DNA from: Amphiscolops sp. MND2022
Lineage: Eukaryota
Length of the DNA: 64,000 nucleotides
Assembly: GCA_964187785.1 (NCBI GenBank)
Contig: OZ076409.1
Span: 36,706,001-36,770,000 of the forward strand
Reading direction: 5' to 3'
Shown: positions 25,865 to 34,377 of the stretch, piece after piece
Position numbering within the stretch: the stretch's first letter is position 1
Layout of the letters: each line of letters starts with the position of its first letter
Translations under genes and position numbers: made by a program
The notes under the pieces: generated by a model
What the model was told of the DNA's origin: nothing
Databases searched by the model: none
What the model saw: the letters and a program-made list of their open reading frames with translations, nothing else

Positions 25865-28800
25865 GGTCTCCGAAAAACCGTAACAGCAGCACTGCCCCAC
25901 TAAAATTTAGTCTTAATCTTTATTATTTTGCTGCCGGAGACTCACAAAAAGATAGTGGCTTAGAAATCGAATTTCTACTAGACACTGGGGCAACATCTTC
26001 AATCATTAACTACAGGACCTTTAGAGAACTCTGTCAATTTCAACAAGACCTCGAACTCAGCAGAAGTAACAACACAACACGGAACTACTCTGGGCAGATC
26101 ATCCCTATGATGGGATACATCACCCTTAAACTCTACTACGATTCCGATGGACAACATAACTTCCCACTGACAGTCTGGATAACAGAGATGAAGACCCAAA
26201 ACCTCCTTGGAATGAACTTCTGTCAAGAACAAGTTAACAAAATACACTTTGATCTTCCTGGCATAGAACTCAAAAGACCTATAAATACTTTCTGCTATGG
26301 CAGTCTACAACTCAACAAATGTTACCCCTACGTATCACAAATACTCTCAGTCCGAATTCCTCACTCAATGTATATCGAACCAAAGACGACAAGATGTTAC
26401 AAATTTGCACCGGAAAACCCCAAGAACTCCTTTCCTCCCGGATCTACGTTCCTACCCAACAGAAAAGCAGTCTCTACAGGACTAAATTTTATAAATGTCC
26501 TTTGTACAAGATTTGAGAAGACTTTGCCAATCGTCATGGAAAATAACAAAAACCATACAATCACCCTAGTAAAAGGAACTATTGGATACTCTCTGCTCGA
26601 CGTATTAGACCAAGAAATTCCAAAATACCAAGTTAGAAACCCTACGGAACTCGCCTACGCTATCCTAAACGAAAACGAAGAATACAATGACTGTTTCCTG
26701 TTGCACTCCACCATCCCTTCACAAGATATGAACGATTGCATCAGAATAGAAGGAGGAAATTCTACTACAATCCTCAGCAGACCCGACTCCATCATGATCT
26801 TTGTCCCGGCAGATCTGAAGCCAGCCAAAGGCTTCTCGAAAGAAATCCTAACGAACATACCCTTGTTAAAAGAATCTTGCGCAAAACAGAAACCACTCAA
26901 AGGGGATACAATACCTTACTGGGACATGAATCTAAAACGATTCATATACGTCCTAATCACAAAAGCTAAATCAAAAGACAAAATCGACCCACAAATCTTA
27001 GTCCAAACGCTAGAGACTCTAAAAGCACACGCCAAAATGAATTGTATCAAGACCATTTCTATGTTACGAGAAGCGTCAGAACTAGAAGATTTCCAATGGC
27101 AAGATGTGACACAAATTATTCAAGATGTTTTTGCCTACTCGGAAATACAACTCCGAATTTATACAAGAAATGAACTAGACGTCTATGCTATGACTACGAG
27201 AGGAGACCCCGAATACGCGCTGGAAGACGAGATACAACAATTTTCCGAGCAATTTCACCTTAAACATAGAGAGCTGGAGACAGACTTTACGAGTGACGCA
27301 AAGTCTTGTCAACCACCCTGCGATGAGCAATTTAAAATCTTCAGGCAAAAAGAAGACAACGAAAGACTGATCGAGTATTACCTTCAGTACCAGAACAAAG
27401 AAGCAGTGCAATACATCAAAGAATTCGACTTTCGCTACTCAGACCTTACTGACGAGGAACTTGTGCTCCTAATAGACCAACTAATGGATGCGAGAGATGT
27501 ATACTCCCAACACAAATTCGACGTAGGAAAAACCAGACAGAAATTTAACATCAAACTCGAACCTGGAGCAATCCTGAAGAGACAGAGACCCAGCAAAGTA
27601 CCACTTCACCTAAGAGAAAAGTTAGAGAAGCTACTCACACAACTCAAAGACGCCGATATTATCAGAGAGATGGGCGATGACGACGAAATGGGATCCTTAT
27701 TCGTAAATCCTATTATACTACAACCAAAACACGACTATGTAAAACTGATCATAGACGCAAGATACCTAAATTCAGTGACGGATCTAACAAACTACTCCTG
27801 GCCCTTAGAACCGATCCAAACCATAATGACACTAATCAACGGGAACATCTTCTCAGTAAGTGATCTCTCCTGTGCATTTCACCAAGTCCCATTAGACGAG
27901 CCTACACAAAAACTTACAAGCTTCATCATAGGCGGGAAACAATACACCTTCACCAGAGGATTCTACGGACTTAAAGGGTTACCAAGCTTCTTTAGCCGAA
28001 TGATGACAATTCACTTCGAACCTCTCATTAAAAAGAAACAAGCAATCACCTACATAGACGACACGTTGATGCAAGCGAAAAGTAAACAAGAAATGTTCAC
28101 AGTGATTCAAGAATACCATAACCTACTACGGAAAGCGGGACTAAAAGCGGCACCTGACAAAACACTCTTCTTCTTGAGGAAAGTCAAGTTTTTGGGACAT
28201 GTGATTGCAGCAGAAGGAATACAACCCGTAGCTAAACGAGTAAGAGACCTACATAATCTCAAATCACCAAAAACCAAAACCGAAGTGAAAAGCTTCTTGG
28301 GAGCCTTAGGTTTCTACAGCTGCTACATCAAGAACCTTCACGTCGATAGTCGACCCTTTTACGAACTCACAAAAAAGGATACAAATTTCTGTTGGAACCA
28401 AGAACATGAAGACCTCTTCCAACAAATAAAGAAAAGAATCAGCGAAGACACAGTTCTTGCAGTACCTTCAACAAAATATCCCTTTCATATACACGTCGAC
28501 TCTTCCAACGTAGGGACAGGATGTATCCTCATACAACAATTTCCAGAAGGGAAACGGATCATTTCTTTCAATTCCAGAGTCTTCGCAAAAGAAGAACAAA
28601 AAATGTCTACTCTACATAGAGAACTATGTGGAATAGTCTCAGCATTACAAACCTACGAACACTATATCATTGGATCTCCCTTTCCAATTTACTTATATTG
28701 TGACCACAAACCAATTCTTTATCTCTGGGGACGAAAAGGACAAGTTTCACCGCGTTTCTTCAGGTACCAAGTAATAATCTCTAAATTCCCAAATCTCAAG

Positions 28801-31359
28801 ATAATTTGGACCCCAGGAAGCAATTTAGCCTTCCCTGATATACTCAGCAGAAACGTATCGATAGAAGAACACAAAAAACATCAACTCAGTCACAAAATCC
28901 TACCGAACGATATTCACTTCTTCGACGAGCATGGAACCCAAATACACTACAAAATAAAACACGAAGAAAACGAAGAAACGTCAAAAAACGATTTCTACCC
29001 CATCCTGTACGAAAAAGGAGATGAACGAAAAATTCTTCAACTACAAAACGATGGAAATAACTTCACAGTTAACAATATCTACGAGGAACCTAACCTGCCG
29101 AAAATAGAGTCAGCACAGAGTTGTCTCGACGCTGGAAGAGAACTAGGAAAATTTTCAGATCTAAAAATCAGATCCGGGACAAGGGATAGCACTTCCGATT
29201 CGTCTCAGAATACTTACAGCTCCATCAATAGCGATGCAGATGATGAAGCCTGCACAGACAACCAAAGTCATGAAGTAAACGAGACCAACTACGAGCTCAA
29301 CACTGAAGATCTCACCGCACGTAACACAGGTATTCCCGAAAATGCAAAGGCAATAGAACACCTCAGTCTACCTACAAATTCAACGGAAAAACACAAGACC
29401 CCAGCCCGAGAGCTCGTCAGTCAACTCGACAAAATATCAAAAGAAGTGGATCTAGACGTCACAACAATCTTACAAGAACAGATCAATGACCCGGTGCTCA
29501 GTGTGGTTCGACGATGGATACAAACCGGAAACAGGCCTACGCCAAAATCACCAGAATTACAACACTCTAAAGGACTCATGCGCTATTCCCAAGAGTTTGA
29601 TAGATTGACCATAGAAGAAAACGGAAACCTACTGTGCTACAATGAACCTACAGATAAGACGGAAGAAGAAAATCTTCGAATATGCTTACCACTCTCCTTA
29701 TTTCTCGCCTGCTTCCGATTAGGACACTACAACGACCTCGGAGGCCATATGGGAGCCGAGAAAACCTACCTAAATGCTAAAAGATTCTACTACTGGCCCG
29801 GGATGCACGACTGGATTTGTGCCCTCACACAAGATTGCGTTAGCTGCCAATCTAACAAATCCAAACAAAGAAGAAATTACGAAGTCCCACTGGAGGACTG
29901 TGAAACCGAGACCCAAGTATTCAGAACTGTTCATATCGATCACAAGGGACCACTCAACCCTCCCAGTCGTGGAAATTCACATTGCCTCCTCATCATCGAC
30001 GCATTTTCACGCTACTTGATGGCATACCCAGTTAGAGACACAGGTGCACAGTCAACAATCAACGCTATGGAAAAATGGATTATGCACTATGGGATACCGC
30101 AGTCTATCATACACGATAGAGGAACGGCTTTCGTAAACACTGAATTCGTCAATTGGACTAAAGAGTTAGGCATCACTCTCCGGCCAAGAACTGCACACTC
30201 ACCCTGGACTAACGGAAAAGTGGAAACCCAAAACCAACACATTGCAAGGTACTGGAGAAACTTCTTAAACGACTCAGGAAACAACTGGGCCCAACTAGCT
30301 GCTAAATTCGCATTTGCCCACAACACAAGCGTCAACTATACCACTGGAAAGACACCATACGAAATAGTCTTCTGCAATAAACCACAGATACCTATGAGTC
30401 TTAAGTTGGGTCTATACCGTAATAAAAACAAGAATTGCAGATCACAGTTCTGCAACGGACTGCCTCCTCACTGCCACAGCGAAAACCAAGTCAAAAACGA
30501 ACTGCTGAATGGACTATTAAGACCTCAACTATCTCAAAACCTGCTTGAAAGAGAGACCGCCTTCAAGAAAATCTATTCGTCCACTTACGAAAAATGCAGA
30601 AAACAAACAGCTAGATCTCATGCCTACAGAAACAGATTTAAACTAGGCAGCCATCTCAACATCGGACAAAAGGTCTTGTTAGAAAACCATCGGAAAGACC
30701 TCTCCAAAAGTCAAAAACTTCAACAACTGCGATTAGGACCATTTACAGTTACCAAGAGAATCACCAACACAACATACCAAATAAAAAACGATCAAAACCC
30801 CGAAAATCTCCGAACAGTCCATAGAAATCATTTAATAGAATACTTTCCCAAAGAGGAAACACTCCCCCCTCTTATAGAAGAATACACAACTCCCTACCGT
30901 GGAGACACGGATTTCTATAACAATTTTGTCAAAGGAAGAATAGAACGACTTAATGTTTCAGAACCACAGATACTCGGGGATCTCTGCATTTTACCAGTCC
31001 GAAACCAACAAAGACAGACCACCGCACAAAAACGAGTGAGAACTCCCCAGAGCACCGACTCTGGTATTATTTCCCCAGAAAATCACCGGTTGGGAACACC
31101 AACAACTCCGGATCAGCCTACTACATCCCGTCCTCCTGGTTCAACTACTCCTATCCAAACACTGACGCAACAAATAACACCCGAACCCTTGACTACCACA
31201 CCGGCTACTTCGACCAAATCTTTGACACCCCTACAAGAACTCAGGCGAGCGGTTGCAAGTCACGTCGAAAGAAATCCCCGCTATCAGCGAGCACAACCCA
31301 ACCAACCAGCACCACTGTCCATCCTTCGGCAAAAAACTCGCGTAGGCTACAAAGCCTAA
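25852..31359 (+). CDS. pol: Pol (protease, macrodomain, RT, RNase H, integrase), translated by -1 frameshift from gag
   Basis: The -1 frame is open from the slippery site T TTA AAC (25852). LLDTGA has D at 25981, upstream of the ORF-track ATG. Also YIDD (28051), RNase H HVDSS...CDHKP, integrase H-H-C-C, D-D-E and a GPF motif. Confidence 0.95.
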   Translation, partial: FKLLRSPKNRNSSTAPLKFSLNLYYFAAGDSQKDSGLEIEFLLDTGATSSIINYRTFRELCQFQQDLELSRSNNTTRNYSGQIIPMMGYITLKLYYDSDGQHNFPLTVWITEMKTQNLLGMNFCQEQVNKIHFDLPGIELKRPINTFCYGSLQLNKCYPYVSQILSVRIPHSMYIEPKTTRCYKFAPENPKNSFPPGSTFLPNRKAVSTGLNFINVLCTRFEKTLPIVMENNKNHTITLVKGTIGYSLLDVLDQEIPKYQVRNPTELAYAILNENEEYNDCFLLHSTIPSQDMNDCIRIEGGNSTTILSRPDSIMIFVPADLKPAKGFSKEILTNIPLLKESCAKQKPLKGDTIPYWDMNLKRFIYVLITKAKSKDKIDPQILVQTLETLKAHAKMNCIKTISMLREASELEDFQWQDVTQIIQDVFAYSEIQLRIYTRNELDVYAMTTRGDPEYALEDEIQQFSEQFHLKHRELETDFTSDAKSCQPPCDEQFKIFRQKEDNERLIEYYLQYQNKEAVQYIKEFDFRYSDLTDEELVLLIDQLMDARDVYSQHKFDVGKTRQKFNIKLEPGAILKRQRPSKVPLHLREKLEKLLTQLKDADIIREMGDDDEMGSLFVNPIILQPKHDYVKLIIDARYLNSVTDLTNYSWPLEPIQTIMTLINGNIFSVSDLSCAFHQVPLDEPTQKLTSFIIGGKQYTFTRGFYGLKGLPSFFSRMMTIHFEPLIKKKQAITYIDDTLMQAKSKQEMFTVIQEYHNLLRKAGLKAAPDKTLFFLRKVKFLGHVIAAEGIQPVAKRVRDLHNLKSPKTKTEVKSFLGALGFYSCYIKNLHVDSRPFYELTKKDTNFCWNQEHEDLFQQIKKRISEDTVLAVPSTKYPFHIHVDSSNVGTGCILIQQFPEGKRIISFNSRVFAKEEQKMSTLHRELCGIVSALQTYEHYIIGSPFPIYLYCDHKPILYLWGRKGQVSPRFFRYQVIISKFPNLKIIWTPGSNLAFPDILSRNVSIEEHKKHQLSHKILPNDIHFFDEHGTQIHYKIKHEENEETSKNDFYPILYEKGDERKILQLQNDGNNFTVNNIYEEPNLPKIESAQSCLDAGRELGKFSDLKIRSGTRDSTSDSSQNTYSSINSDADDEACTDNQSHEVNETNYELNTEDLTARNTGIPENAKAIEHLSLPTNSTEKHKTPARELVSQLDKISKEVDLDVTTILQEQINDPVLSVVRRWIQTGNRPTPKSPELQHSKGLMRYSQEFDRLTIEENGNLLCYNEPTDKTEEENLRICLPLSLFLACFRLGHYNDLGGHMGAEKTYLNAKRFYYWPGMHDWICALTQDCVSCQSNKSKQRRNYEVPLEDCETETQVFRTVHIDHKGPLNPPSRGNSHCLLIIDAFSRYLMAYPVRDTGAQSTINAMEKWIMHYGIPQSIIHDRGTAFVNTEFVNWTKELGITLRPRTAHSPWTNGKVETQNQHIARYWRNFLNDSGNNWAQLAAKFAFAHNTSVNYTTGKTPYEIVFCNKPQIPMSLKLGLYRNKNKNCRSQFCNGLPPHCHSENQVKNELLNGLLRPQLSQNLLERETAFKKIYSSTYEKCRKQTARSHAYRNRFKLGSHLNIGQKVLLENHRKDLSKSQKLQQLRLGPFTVTKRITNTTYQIKNDQNPENLRTVHRNHLIEYFPKEETLPPLIEEYTTPYRGDTDFYNNFVKGRIERLNVSEPQILGDLCILPVRNQQRQTTAQKRVRTPQSTDSGIISPENHRLGTPTTPDQPTTSRPPGSTTPIQTLTQQITPEPLTTTPATSTKSLTPLQELRRAVASHVERNPRYQRAQPNQPAPLSILRQKTRVGYKA

Positions 31360-31367
31360 TCTACATC

Positions 31368-31754
31368 ATGCCTTGTCATAAAGTTTACCTAAATTTATCA
31401 TGGCAAGTTCCACGAGAACTCCAATCCTTAAACGTTCTACACGTTACAATCACAAAAATCTACTGGACCTACACAAACAAACTAATTAGAATTTGCTTCT
31501 ACTCCAACGACCCAGACCCGAGCCCCCACAAACAACCTACGCCCAGAAAATCAAATCTTCATGTTCACCCAGAATCCAAAACGTTTGCTCAACTATATCA
31601 GCACCTAGCCTACCATGCAGTCAACCATCACGACCCTATCCTAGAAGAACTCTTATCCTACATGCCTACCCTAATTCCTGACCTACAACCTTCCTCACAC
31701 AATACTCAAAAGGACCTATTCTGCTGCTCGACTATCTCCTCACCTAGCTCCTAG
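31368..31754 (+). CDS. Accessory ORF A (128 aa), unknown function
   Basis: ATG lies 8 nt after the pol stop. Shares a residue pattern with ORFs B-D. Confidence 0.6.
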   Translation: MPCHKVYLNLSWQVPRELQSLNVLHVTITKIYWTYTNKLIRICFYSNDPDPSPHKQPTPRKSNLHVHPESKTFAQLYQHLAYHAVNHHDPILEELLSYMPTLIPDLQPSSHNTQKDLFCCSTISSPSS

Positions 31755-31916
31755 CCGGCACATTTAACCTATTAGCGATGTATTACCTTTAATATATTCT
31801 ACTTCCGTTTATCGATATTATTTGTGCAATCCCGAACATGACTTACGAAAAGCCACAAGCACAGAAGCGTATAAAAATAGTAGAGAATTTTCCTGGAGAT
31901 GAGAGGCGACTTGCGC

Positions 31917-32561
31917 CTACTCAATCTCCAGAAAACCGCCTTTCTCCGCTAGCCGCCTCAACTGGGAAGCCCGCTCCTCTCTGGTCCATAACTGGTACAG
32001 CCTCACCCACTGCCCCCTCTCGAAGCTGGTCAACTGGCAGAACCCATCTATATAGGCCCTCAGTTGACACAGCACTAATTCCCCTAGAGGGGACAGGAGG
32101 GTTCCCTCCCAACGGGCTCCCAGGTTGGCCCTCAAGAAACTCACAAAGGCATTTGGGATGGGCGCCCCAGATAAGGCAAACCCGGGAGACCCCCGCATGG
32201 AACGGGACAAAGAGGCCCAATTCTCTAACCGGTCCACGTCCCTCCGGTTAAAGAGGCTGAGAAAACTCTGCTCTCCGGGGTTCTCTAAAACCCCTTGAGC
32301 CACTACTGTGGAGGCCTGCAGGACTGGCCTGGGGGCCACAGCAGCAACAGGCGCAGAAGAGGAGGACGGCCCAGCCGCCAACAAAGAAGGCCCAGCCAAC
32401 GACAAAGAAGGCCCAGCGGCCGACGAAGGGCCCACAGACGACGAGGGAGCAGACGACGAGGGAGCAGACGACGAGGGAGCAGACGACGAAGCAGCAGACG
32501 CAACTGTTTCCTCATCGGTCGATGATTCCTCGTAGTAGTCAGACTCGTTGTTGTTACTCAT
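31917..32561 (-). CDS. Antisense accessory ORF (214 aa), acidic and Ser/Ala/Pro-rich N-terminus
   Basis: ATG-initiated. A TATA-like TTATAAAA lies about 65 nt upstream and ATTAAA about 125 nt downstream on the minus strand. It is a GC-rich island inside an A-rich element. Confidence 0.55.
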   Translation of the reverse strand: MSNNNESDYYEESSTDEETVASAASSSAPSSSAPSSSAPSSSVGPSSAAGPSLSLAGPSLLAAGPSSSSAPVAAVAPRPVLQASTVVAQGVLENPGEQSFLSLFNRRDVDRLENWASLSRSMRGSPGFALSGAPIPNAFVSFLRANLGARWEGTLLSPLGELVLCQLRAYIDGFCQLTSFERGQWVRLYQLWTREERASQLRRLAEKGGFLEIE

Positions 32562-32849
32562 TCTGAAGATATCTTAGCTTTTTTTGTCCTAAAGTAATGC
32601 ATGCTTAAACAAATATTTATCTCTTATTTTATAACAATATCTTATGGTTATTTGCCTAAACCGCCTACGATAATCCTACAATAGATAGAATATATCTTTT
32701 GAAACTTCTCTGTACTCAACCACGATCTTCTACGAGATCGTGTTTATACTTTTCAAACACCTCTGTCCTCCAACGCAATGAAATAACTGATGATTACATT
32801 CTCAGATTTGCCATGTTTGAACAACAGTGAACACTGAAGTATCTCACAG

Positions 32850-33071
32850 ATGATCATAATCTTCAAAATCGACAACCGTCTTTCACAAATCACAGATATC
32901 CAGAAGGAACCCTCAACGCAGAACATTATCGTACAAGCATACGCAATAGCAGAAGAAGAAAGTGAAACCTACACTTGTGTGCCAGCATCACCTATCTACC
33001 CTCTACTGGAGAGCTTGCTATATAACAACACCCCTACTGAAGTCGTCACAAGAGCCAAGTCAGTCATTTAA
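32850..33071 (+). CDS. Accessory ORF B (73 aa)
   Basis: Its stop overlaps the next start (TAATG). Pattern is similar to ORFs A, C and D. Confidence 0.5.
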   Translation: MIIIFKIDNRLSQITDIQKEPSTQNIIVQAYAIAEEESETYTCVPASPIYPLLESLLYNNTPTEVVTRAKSVI

Positions 33072-33466
33072 TGTCCTCTCCCGCAGTCGCCGTGTTCCGC
33101 GGAAATAATTACTACTTCCACACACAGTTTCAACCTCCTGTTCCTTGGACTCCCATACAACTCAAGGGCCAATACGAAATACAGTCAATCTTCTACGAGA
33201 TCACAACCTCTGCGATTCAAGTGCGTATACTCACACCAGAAGACAAAGAAGCTCTAGTCCTCTTCCCTATTCACTTCGGATCCAAGGAATACGCCTACTT
33301 ATTCCTTTCGTTCAAGCAATACATCCTCCAACACCCCGCAGTTCTCAAAGACAAGGCTTTCGACGACTTGGTTTATTTTATGGACATCACTCTCACCTCC
33401 AACCCCTTCGAAGAAGAAGTTAGAATCAAATACCTTCACAGCCTAGTCGACACTTATGATGTTTAA
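33071..33466 (+). CDS. Accessory ORF C (131 aa)
   Basis: Start is coupled to ORF B by TAATG; overlaps ORF D by 11 nt. Confidence 0.62.
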   Translation: MSSPAVAVFRGNNYYFHTQFQPPVPWTPIQLKGQYEIQSIFYEITTSAIQVRILTPEDKEALVLFPIHFGSKEYAYLFLSFKQYILQHPAVLKDKAFDDLVYFMDITLTSNPFEEEVRIKYLHSLVDTYDV

Positions 33467-33800
33467 GATTCAACTCAAGTTTCTCTGGCGCCACCCTGAA
33501 ACAAATACACTTCTCGAAATTCTCTCTATCGCTTGGAAAGAAAACGCACCTTCACTACAAATCGAACTCCATAGCCTCCGACCACAAAACCCAGGACATT
33601 GGCTCATCCCAGTTGACACCAACTCCCAAGAGGCTACTGATCTCTCACTCGCACTAAAGGAATATAGGCAAATTGCCTATCTCGACCACATCCACCCTCT
33701 AACACTGTTCCTCCTCAACAAGCTCATTGACTTCCTCGAATTGAGAAGACGAAACAAAACCTCTCCCAGTCTACAATCAATCCGTGACAACTACAATTGA
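33456..33800 (+). CDS. Accessory ORF D (114 aa)
   Basis: ATG overlaps the end of ORF C; paralog-like pattern. Confidence 0.62.
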   Translation: MMFKIQLKFLWRHPETNTLLEILSIAWKENAPSLQIELHSLRPQNPGHWLIPVDTNSQEATDLSLALKEYRQIAYLDHIHPLTLFLLNKLIDFLELRRRNKTSPSLQSIRDNYN

Positions 33801-33845
33801 ACTTTCAGCAATGGTTGAAGTTAGTCTCTTTTAACTTCCTATTTT

Positions 33846-34300
33846 GGCACTTTTTAACAGTAGTGAGGTTACTACTATAAAATTTTAACCTCCGCTTAGT
33901 GCTAGTGCCCACTAAGCTGCCGGTTTGATATTACGGCTTGCCTTTTTACGGCCTTATAACGGATCCTCAATAATAAAATATACTAAAGCTTCAATAATTA
34001 ACCTACTCTTCGGCACTTTTTTAACAGTAGTGAGGTTACTACTATAAAATTTTAACCTCCGCTTAGTGCTAGTGCCCACTAAGCTGTCGGTTTGATATTA
34101 CGACTTGCCTTTTTACGGCCTTACTACGAATCCTCCTCTCTGGAACACACACCTATTTCCCTGAAATAATAAAATACTTATCGTTCCCCTCGGCACGTTT
34201 TAACAGTAGTGAGGTTACTACTATAAAATTTTAACCTCCGCTTAGTGTTGTGCCAGCTAAGCTGCCGGTTTGATATTACGGCTTGCCTCTTTACGGTCTC
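33846..34300 (+). repeat. Three tandem copies of a structured element of about 110 nt upstream of env
   Basis: Copies start at 33846, 34012 and 34192. Stems are conserved, with a compensatory base change in copy 2. Confidence 0.9.
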
Positions 34301-34377
34301 TACTAAACACTTAAACTGATTCTTTAACAGGGAGCGATTACACGGTTGATTCAAAAACAGACTGAAGAATTTCAACA

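Noticed and set aside
31838..32535. Plus-strand ORFs overlapping the antisense ORF
   Set aside because: They are likely by-products of GC-rich tandem repeats. The minus-strand ORF is longer and has flanking signals, though the coding strand is not proven.
33846..34300. CRISPR-like or known-ribozyme reading of the triple repeat
   Set aside because: The context is eukaryotic, units are about 110 nt, and there are no cas genes. I could not match hammerhead, HDV, twister or pistol core motifs by eye.
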